DNA of 64,000 nucleotides from Perna viridis (Eukaryota): NCBI GenBank assembly GCA_037379345.1, contig CM074518.1, positions 4,526,001 to 4,590,000 of the forward strand, read 5' to 3'. Shown piece by piece: positions 57,301 to 64,000 of this stretch (position 1 is its first letter; each line of letters starts with the position of its first letter). The notes under the pieces were generated by a model. It saw only the letters and a program-made list of their open reading frames with translations, ran no database searches and was not told where the DNA came from. The position numbers and the translations under genes were made by a program.

Positions 57301-57914
57301 CTCAATACACCATGCATATTTAAGACTAGATGGTACACTATTTACTCCATGTGTAAGGCTTTACAGTTCCACCGTGATAAATGTTATACGGTACTTGTAA
57401 CACGTTACATCGTTTTTTTTTCAGTTTCGAAGAAACTCTCGTTTTAACACAAGCGTACTATATCTACTTTCAAGATGTGAAGTTGTACATGAACAGTGTT
57501 TTACTATTTGTTTTTATAAACTTAAGTAATGATGGATATTTTTTTGTAACAACAAAAACTAAATTGTAAATACCTTAATTTATTGCTGCGAAGTTCACTT
57601 TGACTCAAACTTTTTTTTTTATCTTATTCTCTTTATTTTGGAAAGCCAAATCAAATCTAGGTATCTCATACGGCGCTAATTTATAGTGGTCAATATGACA
57701 ACCACAACTATCCTTCTATTTAAACAATGTCGGTATTTCCATACAAAGACAGAAGGAAGAAGAAAGAGAGTAAAAAAATGTTTTATTTACCTGGTGTATA
57801 ACTTATTCCATAGTCACCATATCTACTATTCCAGTACTCATGACCATACCATGTTTTGCTTAACCTTATGTTTGTAATTAGAAAAACTAAAACAATGTAG
57901 AAATTAACTTCCAT
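3113..57914 (-). CDS. Mega-thrombospondin-like multidomain secreted protein (58 coding exons in window, about 2,990 aa, 3'-incomplete)
   Basis: Manual exon chaining with AG/GT (two GC) boundaries. All 57 junctions are phase-compatible and the total is 8964 nt. Domain order: SP, LRRs, LRRCT, FN3, fibro-slime/PA14, cadherin, F5/8C, Cys-rich, EGF, TSP3, TSP_C, LamG. The last exon seen (3313-3113) ends in a GT donor with no stop, so the gene continues past the Penelope-like element. A small N-terminal exon could have been missed. Confidence 0.88.
6140..7875 (-). CDS. mega-TSP exons 52-54: thrombospondin C-terminal (L-lectin) domain
   Basis: Exons 7875-7685 ([20 protein letters not shown]), 7386-7214 ([15 protein letters not shown]) and 6361-6140 (LVDSGDVYN....GGRVGVY). 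Confidence 0.93.
7915..7958 (+). ncRNA. Hammerhead core-like motif (incomplete)
   Basis: CTGATGA-t-gttcct-tatc-aggac-GAAAC-tatatat, with no local downstream GUH. Confidence 0.4.
8396..12863 (-). CDS. mega-TSP exons 46-51: thrombospondin type-3 repeats
   Basis: Exons 12863-12756, 12066-11907, 11467-11284, 11106-11021, 10621-10526, 8626-8396, with repeated DNC(P)xxxNxxQxDxDxDGxGDxCD. Confidence 0.95.
8960..10200. mobile_element. Rearranged cluster of Penelope-like fragments in both orientations
   Basis: 8960-9425 (-) is the C-terminus (RYARA...YGRHHELV) plus 3' region. About 9510-9680 (+) is an RT piece ([13 protein letters not shown]...MLEF..DNIFV) matching 605-790. 9680-10045 (+) is a 3' end, and about 10150-10185 (-) is a further fragment. 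Confidence 0.88.
13233..18212 (-). CDS. mega-TSP exons 40-45: Cys-rich GCC2/GCC3-like repeats and EGF-like domains
   Basis: Exons 18212-18049, 17444-17282, 16998-16685, 15050-14796, 13712-13563, 13337-13233. CxxCxxGTY repeats, Ca-binding EGF starts DINEC and DIDEC, and the TSP-typical [22 protein letters not shown]. Confidence 0.92.
14630..14820. repeat. About 30-bp degenerate tandem repeat derived from the exon 43 3' end and donor
   Basis: aacataccatagtgttaacacagggggcatt (true boundary) recurs as aacataccatattgttaacacagggagcatt and weaker copies. Confidence 0.7.
15081..15221. mobile_element. Foldback (palindromic) MITE-like element, about 140 bp
   Basis: The left arm taaggattgactgaaat...gaaataacctcaatacggtggt is nearly the reverse complement of the right arm accaccggattgaggttatttc...tttacagttattcctta. 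Confidence 0.7.
15620..15785 (+). mobile_element. Penelope-like 3' terminal fragment
   Basis: Aligns by eye with 9873-10040 (gtttttagtggagtccgagttgctc...cctggattacat...cttggttcacctgattactct). Confidence 0.75.
18760..22461 (-). CDS. mega-TSP exons 37-39: F5/8 type C (discoidin) domain
   Basis: Exons 22461-22339, 21037-20829, 18916-18760: [10 protein letters not shown]...ITASS...GRLN...GGWIA...YIQVDL...VQTQG...RYIRINP..W....LRMELSGC. Confidence 0.92.
21440..21620 (-). mobile_element. Degenerate Penelope-like 3' fragment
   Basis: ggtggatctttctaaaacagcaaaggacgcttatcctgctgg matches the conserved 3' motif at 9101-9171 and 9800-9870. Confidence 0.55.
22293..22311. repeat. (AC)n microsatellite
   Basis: acacacacacacacacac run. 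Confidence 0.9.
22850..24802 (-). CDS. mega-TSP exons 33-36: cadherin-like repeats
   Basis: Exons 24802-24680, 24162-23975, 23672-23497, 23103-22850. Cadherin motifs LDYE, DYNDNCP, ASDVDSG, DNGTPPL. Confidence 0.88.
24962..27171 (-). CDS. mega-TSP exons 28-32: fibro-slime/PA14-like domain
   Basis: Exons 27171-26904, 26608-26519, 25995-25823 (GC donor), 25560-25463, 25193-24962. Motifs [61 protein letters not shown]. Confidence 0.8.
27869..28437 (+). mobile_element. Non-LTR retrozyme-like tandem repeat (392-nt unit, about 1.5 copies, degenerate)
   Basis: Unit starts at 27869 and 28261 (cactgg...gatg...cagtagtcagacttgt...ccgaatt). Both copies share ccatata(c/t)ttgatgctaatgctg, and copy 1 continues into a hammerhead core. 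Confidence 0.65.
28167..28212 (+). ncRNA. Minimal type I hammerhead ribozyme motif (degenerate)
   Basis: gctaatg-CTGATGA-t-gagag-ataa-ctcctt-GAAAC-AC-GTA-taaagc. Conserved core boxes, a short stem II, a minimal stem III and a GUA triplet are present; stem I is imperfect. Confidence 0.6.
28568..29553 (-). CDS. mega-TSP exons 26-27: FN3-like domain with Cys-rich insertion
   Basis: 29553-29412 ([21 protein letters not shown]) and 29043-28568 (WDYLISC...[23 protein letters not shown]); FN3-type W and L..xTxY motifs. Confidence 0.75.
29806..37239 (-). CDS. mega-TSP LRR exons 18-24 and LRRCT exon 25
   Basis: Exons 37239-37096, 36757-36614, 36335-36192, 35970-35680, 35061-34855, 31270-31127, 30848-30648 carry LxxLxLxxN repeats. 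Exon 29993-29806 encodes [12 protein letters not shown]...CSSP...FQC, an LRRCT pattern. Confidence 0.9.
31333..34468 (+). mobile_element. RTE-clade LINE, near full length, inactivated
   Basis: APE motifs [32 protein letters not shown] motifs [52 protein letters not shown]. Many stops and frameshifts, a (TAAGG)-type tail, and a possible 10-bp TSD ttcgtttaca (31323-31332, 34469-34478). Confidence 0.93.
37594..40022 (+). mobile_element. Non-autonomous Helitron-like insertion (2.4 kb, contains nested elements)
   Basis: Starts TCTATACTACTAAA and ends with a degenerate hairpin tgctcaatcgaccggca followed by ...CTCAAG (CTAG-like). It sits between A and T with no TSD, and the flanks rejoin to the minisatellite unit catcacgca|tgtaacata. 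Confidence 0.75.
39249..39799 (-). mobile_element. Non-coding retroposon (SINE-like), 551 bp, (AATC)n tail, 14-bp TSD
   Basis: TSD tctttgattgttaa at 39235-39248 and 39800-39813; tail at 39249-39323; GC-rich structured 5' end. Confidence 0.85.
40023..40368. repeat. 34-bp minisatellite (about 10 copies; two more copies at about 37528-37593)
   Basis: Unit aacataattgtaaccag(a/g)cttaca(c/t)cacacat(g/a)t, period 34. Confidence 0.92.
40726..53343 (-). CDS. mega-TSP LRR exons 3-17
   Basis: Symmetric phase-2 exons: 53343-53278, 52907-52836, 52454-52392, 51748-51677, 51307-51239, 50904-50833, 47712-47626, 46843-46772, 46170-46099, 45398-45246, 44805-44728, 43529-43395, 42515-42366, 41374-41222 (GC donor), 40791-40726. 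Examples: [72 protein letters not shown]. Confidence 0.85.
42029..42317. mobile_element. MITE with about 25-bp imperfect terminal inverted repeats
   Basis: ggg..gaccatttgattctgag on the left versus ctcagaatcaagtggtcgtccc on the right. Confidence 0.65.
43724..44153 (+). mobile_element. Tc1/mariner-like MITE copy 1 (TA flanks, internal cgtttatcgtgcgtttaaacgca repeats)
   Basis: TIRs caatccttaaaacgttcacgtttccca and tgggaaacctaaacgtctcaaggagtg, with TA on both sides. Confidence 0.75.
44775..45018. repeat. About 50-bp tandem repeat derived from the exon 13 acceptor and 5' end
   Basis: A cactgac(a/g)aa-like core recurs near 44795 (true exon), 44845, 44901, 44951 and 45001. Confidence 0.8.
45721..45927. 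repeat. 43-bp tandem repeat, about 4.8 near-identical copies
   Basis: Unit actgtacatacgacatggaaagcatagagactgcacatacaat at 45721, 45764, 45807, 45850, 45893. Confidence 0.95.
46272..46494 (-). mobile_element. Tc1/mariner-like MITE copy 2, inverted relative to copy 1
   Basis: Same TIRs with the variants swapped; internal repeats read gcacgataaacgaacgc on the + strand. Confidence 0.75.
48660..49385 (+). mobile_element. 5'-truncated L2/CR1-group LINE fragment
   Basis: [10 protein letters not shown]...ENLGVHFD, followed in other frames by [28 protein letters not shown] and YRPSRSLRS...[16 protein letters not shown]. Confidence 0.85.
54805..54934 (-). CDS. mega-TSP exon 2: Cys-containing N-terminal cap (LRRNT-like)
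   Basis: [44 protein letters not shown]; ttcag acceptor, gtaagt donor. Confidence 0.72.
56215..57415. repeat. Degenerate 33-bp minisatellite array in intron 1
   Basis: Unit about ttaagactagatggtacactcgttacaccatgt, period 33 (for example 57127, 57160, 57193), extending over about 1.2 kb. Confidence 0.9.
57791..57914 (-). CDS. mega-TSP exon 1: start codon and signal peptide
   Basis: [41 protein letters not shown] has a hydrophobic core and ends CAG|gtaaat in phase 1, matching the phase-1 exon at 54934. Confidence 0.75.
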
Positions 57915-59246
57915 CCTTCTACAAATTCATCGTGACATAGTTATCCTAACCCGATCAAATGTATATCGATAAATGTTTAAATGATTTCAGTCTTGATTAA
58001 AAACTGAAATGCATTTAACCATCTGAAAGTAATAAAATTTAAAGTAACCGTCTTCAAAGCAAGATTGTAATACATGTAAGTATGTAATCGTCCATTCAGT
58101 CATCAACATCTATAGATATGTCTCTTTATGTAGATTCATCATCTACGATTTATTTCTACGTATTCAAACTAGTGTTTGTTTGTATCTAAATCCTTGTATT
58201 TATTACAGTAGAATCACATATATATTAATGCAAATTAATTATTTACATTTTTTCAAGTCATGTAAGTGATGGTTTCTTTTTACACACATGCCATGGTACA
58301 AAGCCGAACTGGTCTGTCTGTACCCTCCGTTTTGAATCATACATAAAGGATCTGCAATCTGAGAATCCTTTCGCTTTAGAGTCATTAAATTTTCTCACAT
58401 CTACCAGAAAAAAAAACATAAAAGTTAGGTTAATGTATTCACTTGAAAAATAGGATTCAATATTTTCCTGCATATACATTAACGAGTTTACTTTCTTTTC
58501 TATTTCTTAATACTTATGTTTACTGAATGCTTGGTTCCTATAGACAGGTAGAAATGTATAACAAGTCTGTAAGCAACAGGCAGTGTGTAAATCATGGTAA
58601 AAAAAATCACAAATCTTATTCAAAATGTTACATAAATGCAGAAATGGCATTCATAACTTTTTAAATGTCAGTAATTTGAGTTACTTATTACATTTTTTTT
58701 TCATTCATGTGCCACACCTCGTATACATTATGCCAAATTCTTAGACGGAAAAGTACTTAACTAGGTTTGCTATAGACGAAAATAGTCAAATATATGAAAG
58801 TCTTGAGTCAATTTAGTATTCTGAAAGATCTGTTCAGCTGAAAGGATAACTTATATATTTTTTTTTAAATTCAGCGCCCCAGCACTTTAATTATTTATCA
58901 TAATAAATGTGGATTTTATTTTTGTTGAATTTGTTTCAAGTTTTAAGGTTTTTTCATTGATTGACATCGAAATCTCGTGTCTTTTTTTGTTATGGCCTCG
59001 TAGGATATGATTTGCCTTGACACGCATGTACGTGTACATTGTACATGAATATAAATAAGGGGTGGGTGAAGAATAATTATACTTGCTTCATGTGATTTTC
59101 TATATAATATTAATAGCTCCTTACATTAAAACTAAACAAACTGATTTATTTTCTTAACATTTTATTTGTCGTACAAGTTTAAATAACAATAATAACAAAT
59201 TCCTGAATACAATAGCACTATTTTTACTGAAAAGTTAGTAGCATTT

Positions 59247-60509
59247 TCACTTAGTTGTCTTTTTTGTCAAACTTTTTTTGATACTTCTAATCATCCACCA
59301 AAGCTTTGTACCAGGGAGTTTTCCTTTCGATTTCTTTTTCTCTTTCTTGCCAGCCGCAGCTTTCTCAAGATCTGTGCATGTACTGGTCCTAGGCAAAGTC
59401 CCGTTACCGTTCAGCATATCGAAAGCCATTATCTCTGAATCCGACGACAAAGTAAAACTGTCATCTGCGTTAAATAAGGTCGATAGATCAGCTTTAGTGT
59501 GCATCCACAACCCAGTTGATAGTTCACTTTCGGACGAGTCGGAATCGCTCAGGTCGGATTCGTGTAAACCAAAATATCGGTTGTAGTAGTATTTCAGGGA
59601 TGCAGTCTCTGTATTTTCAATCGACCACACAACAAAACTTTGGTCAGAATCACTTTCAGTCTGACATTGTACTTCTGCCAGAAGGTCTTCCATCATTGTC
59701 GAGGATGCGAGAGGTTCGGAGCGAGATTTTCGTCGTTGATTATTTCTCAGCATTGACTGTGTACAGTCTTCGATCATTGTCGACGATGCTTCTGGTGTTG
59801 AGTTTGAAATAGGTGCTGATAAGTGTGGCTTTTTGCTTGGTGTTGATGGCATGGAGTTCTCGTACTGTCCGTAATACCGCATCCTGGATAACAGTTCCTC
59901 TTGGTAGTCCATGTCGGCTTCTGATTCGCTGTCACATGATTCGGAATCTGTTGACATCGGCGAGACATCGCTCGACAAGTTTCCGTCAGTGCTGAAATAC
60001 TCTGTACAATTGATGTTGTTCTGAACCGGAATGCTTGAGGTAGAGGTTACTTGATTGCAGCTGTCAAGATTGTTCCTCTCGGTTGACAGTAGAGCAGAGG
60101 AGAGGTGTCTGAGAATATCGCTGACGTCGTCCTTCTCCAAAAATTGACGACCATCTTTCTCGTTTACCTGTGAATTAACGATAGAAATTTTATTAATAAT
60201 TATACAAAGAGTTTTTATTTTATTATAAATACCACTGGATTATATATATATAATCAAAGTATCTCTTGAGTAGACATTATACACTAACATACATGTACCT
60301 TTGTAAAATATTCGAAATGGTCCCTATATATATATATTATACATCATATTAGTGAGATTAATTGTTTAAGACTTCAAAATGCACTATTTAGCAAGAAAAA
60401 ACTATTGAAAGGTAGCTTTTAAAGTAATTTCAATACTTACCATTTTGTTCAGCAGCGACAGTGCCTGAACTCCGGAAGCCACTGCATTGAGGTTGTGTTG
60501 AAAAACCAT
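59247..60509 (-). CDS. Two-exon orphan gene, 329-aa Ser/Asp/Glu-rich, likely disordered protein with a Lys-rich C-terminus
   Basis: Exon 60509-60441 (MVFQHNLNAVASGVQALSLLNKM|gtaagt, phase 0) joins in frame to 60167-59247 (cag|VNEKDGRQF...KKTTK*). GC content is higher than the flanks, and there is a minus-strand AATAAA near 59145. Confidence 0.78.
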
Positions 60510-63500
60510 GTTTCTGTAATAATATCTATATTAAAAATGATATTTCTGGGTCAAGTAGTAGTGAATATTCTATAAAGCTTTGCGTATTTGAATGATGATA
60601 TTAAAACAATCTGTTGTCTTTTTATCAAACATGACGATAACATAACCGTTTGAGTATGTTTTTAGAGTGTAAGTAGTTCGAGCATACTCCAAGTCAAGTC
60701 GGATAATAATTACAAACCTAGCAGATGGGTTACATTGTTAGTAACATATTGTTTGAAGGAGCGTGTCCTTATCAAAACAGACAAATAACATATACGCCTG
60801 CATAATTAGCAGTGATGTTGATTATTGCTAATTAAGACTTCAAATACGGTATGATCATTGAGAAATAATTAGTATGTAAACATATGTATGAAAATGTAAA
60901 AAAAGAAAAAAAACCATTATAGAATTGTTTGAGAGAGACCAATTACCGAAGTTAATAAGTTAGTAATTAAGTTAAGTTGGTAATCGAAACTTATTTATAG
61001 CACAAAATAACCAGAACCAAAAAAGATAGATTATGCATTTCCTGTGATATACAGTGTTGAAAATAAGTATCATTTTATGTTAATGTGTTTGGTATATCGT
61101 CAGTGGCGGTTGAAATATTTACCAATTGATAATATTCATATCCAAATGTTAACAAAATCTAGAAAAAACAATCTGTAGCAGTGTCTGCTTCTCAAGAGAA
61201 AGTTGGGATACTATGACTCTTTCATAACTACTTACAGTATATATAATTACAAGCATTTTTGTTCTCTACAGTTACTATTCCACATAATATAATTGTTTAC
61301 GTAGTCTTTTCTTTCTGTGTAATATGTCATGCTGCTAACGATTGAAATGGTTTACAAATACTAAAAATTCTTCTTAAATATATAGATTTTACAAAGTGAT
61401 GTTACATTTCAGATCAGTTAAGTAGATAAGAACGCATGGAAGAAGTATGATCGTATTATTCCAGCGATGAAGATATTAAAATTTCGGTTGCATTTTTCCT
61501 TCGATTTATTCGTATACTAAGTTTCGAAACATGCAATCAAAAGATATTTTTCTTCCCTACCCATTAATATAAAGAATCCAACATGAGGACAATTTTATTT
61601 TATGTTTTGTTTCTCAATAATGACAAAAGATTATTTTTAAGAATTTGAACTATGCAATTTTTTTTTTAAATTGTTGAAACATATCATATATATAACGACT
61701 TTCAGTTTAGTAACAATAAAATTCTCCATTATCTTTGCCGATTTATTACCTGTCTACATAGGAGGTCACAGGGTGGTCTACATCTATATCTTGGCCCACC
61801 CCACTTTTATGTTTTTGGTATAATATTGTTCCATTCTATGTAACATTATAAATCGCTAATTTTTAATACAGATCTCACGATTGTGTTAAAAGGATGATAA
61901 AATCTAAACAATTAATGAGTACTATCAATGAATCCTGGTAATTAAATTAACACAAGTAGATTAAACCATACAACAATTTAAATTTTCCGTAGCCATTTAA
62001 TACATTATCGTCACTTTTACTCCTTTTTAAGTTCGTTTTATCCGAATTCTAAACCCTTAATGATTTATGAATCATTTGTTTTCGTACTCTATTTGAACTG
62101 TAGGAGCCTTTTTAACACATAAAGGGGTGCATTATATAACCCATTTACTTCACATTTATTGTAATTATTGTTAAAAGAAAAAAATCTATCCTATAACTAT
62201 ATGTACATGTAAATTGAAGAAAAATGAATCAAGCCAGTATCAAGTGTTTAAGTGTTAAGTATTAAGAAATTTGATGTGGGTTAGAGATGAATTTAGAAAG
62301 TTAATTTCTCACAGTAGAAATAATACATATTCTTAAATAACTAAAAATTCCAAAATTTTTACACAGGGAGGGTTTGAAAACGACACGTGTCGTAACTTTA
62401 AAGATTGTTTGCACTATTTACTGTGACAACAGTAAGTCTTAGACATAGTATCCGACTGATATGACAATTAGTACATGTAGTTCATTGTGTGCGTTACGAA
62501 ATGTATCCTCCAAACTTACTGCCAAAAGAATCTTTTCAGACAAAAGCATAGCACCTAAAATAGTCAAATAAAAACAGAATCATTTTATCCATGTATGAGA
62601 ACACATGTACTTACTCTATGATTATGAATTGATTGTGAATATTTACTTCAACTGGTTTACTTCCATATACTTATAATTATTACATTGTTCATCCGTATTG
62701 GTATTGGTCCATTTAGTGTTTAGATTTTCTATTGGAACTCGAACGGGAGCAGTTCATGTTCTAGTCGAAGGTCAGTACAATAAATTCATACATATTTTTT
62801 ACTCCATGAATTGTGATATTTGTACAGAGAATTAATGTTAAAGTTTTGCATGCAGTTATATACATGTATCGTATACATATTATTCATAATGTTTTGTGTG
62901 CTCTACACACAATGATTGTTCAAATAGCCAAGATATTTATCAAGTTTGTTTCGGGAGTCAGCACTTTTACCATGTTTTGATACAGTTCGATACAACCAGT
63001 CGTATGTTGTTATTCGTTATCATGTTTGTATCTAAAACACCAGTCGCTTAGATGGTTCGTATTTGTAAAGCATGTACGGTAATAATAAATGATTTCAACT
63101 TATGAGGACTAAGTACATTAGTAATTGTACATTTGACCCTATATATACTTCAACGGACCCAGTATATTTTGAAATCTGTTGATGGAAATAAACTTAAATT
63201 GGTGTACGACCAGAGACGTTTTTATTACTTTTTTTTCATATATTCTCCTTTGATATGCCATCTTCCGTTGCTGCCGTGTACAGGATTTCAACAAGGTATT
63301 TATGTAGGAATTGGTATAGAGAAATTATTTACAAGTTCATTGTACATCGTCGGCATAGCAATAGTGCATACAACAGTAATACGCTCTATGTATCAATCAG
63401 ACGGGAGTTGTGTCCCTTTTGTCTACATATTACTCGAAGAACTAAATTTTATTCTTAAATTTTACTTCTTGTCATCATTCAACAATGCATCAAATCAAAT

Positions 63501-63822
63501 GGATAACAAAAATAAATAACTTAAAGATTATCTCCAGAAGAGAATCGTTAAACAAACTAAAATATATAATATAACAAACGATAAAAGTTGAACAATAACA
63601 AAAAAATAATAATTGTAAATTCAAGTCCGTTGAAAATGAATCTATGTCTGGTGCATGCTTGCTTTGAACGTTGTCCTCAGCTGTGTTCGTCAAAATATTG
63701 TTGTTGATTAAATACTTTGTTGAATATAACTAACATTCGTCGTCATCAACCCTTTCAAAAGAATTACATGATAATGTATCAGTCTAGAAAAAAACAGCGT
63801 TGTCTGAACGTAGGAAACAGAA

Positions 63823-63999
63823 TCATTTCCCGTTTTTCATACTGCACAGCTGGAAGCACTTAACAACAAAGGCGGATACTTTTGTCATGCAGAACGACGG
63901 TGAGTTTTCCTTCAGACAGTTGTTATAAGGACCTTGGAACCTACGGCTACAGTTTTGTTGACAAGTGGCGGATACAGCAATAACCAACTGACAGATCAT
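63823..63999 (-). CDS. Small secreted cysteine-rich cationic peptide (5' end may lie outside the window)
   Basis: MICQLVIAVSA-TCQQNCSRRFQGPYNNCLKENSPSFCMTKVSAFVVKCFQLCSMKNGK*. It has a signal-peptide-like end (AVSA), six Cys spaced 3-10-8-10-3, and a terminal GK. At 58 aa it is below the ORF-track cutoff. Confidence 0.72.
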   Translation of the reverse strand: MICQLVIAVSATCQQNCSRRFQGPYNNCLKENSPSFCMTKVSAFVVKCFQLCSMKNGK

Positions 64000-64000
64000 C

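Noticed and set aside
58258-58479. 73-aa ORF with a possible acceptor
   Set aside because: No recognisable motif and no upstream partner exon found; it could be UTR or chance.

Overview
AT-rich, intron-rich animal genomic DNA; the repeat content suggests a bivalve mollusc, probably an oyster (inference). Most of the window is one minus-strand gene that I reconstructed by hand as 58 phase-compatible coding exons (57914 down to 3113, 8964 nt, about 2,990 aa, 3' end beyond the window start). Its domain order is: signal peptide, long LRR array, LRRCT, FN3-like with a Cys-rich insert, fibro-slime/PA14-like, cadherin repeats, F5/8C discoidin, Cys-rich GCC2/GCC3-like repeats, EGFs, TSP type-3 repeats, TSP C-terminal L-lectin, extra LamG-like domain. 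This fits a mega-thrombospondin. Upstream on the same strand are a two-exon orphan Ser/Asp-rich gene and, at the window edge, a 58-codon ORF absent from the ORF track. That ORF encodes a secreted, cationic, probably amidated peptide with a palindromic six-cysteine frame. The introns hold a domain-permuted Penelope-like element and its fragments, a degenerate RTE LINE, an L2 fragment, several MITEs and minisatellites, and a Helitron inserted precisely into a minisatellite. They also hold a TSD-flanked non-coding retroposon that starts with a pseudoknot, and a hammerhead-bearing 392-nt retrozyme-like tandem repeat. All calls come from reading the sequence; no searches were run.
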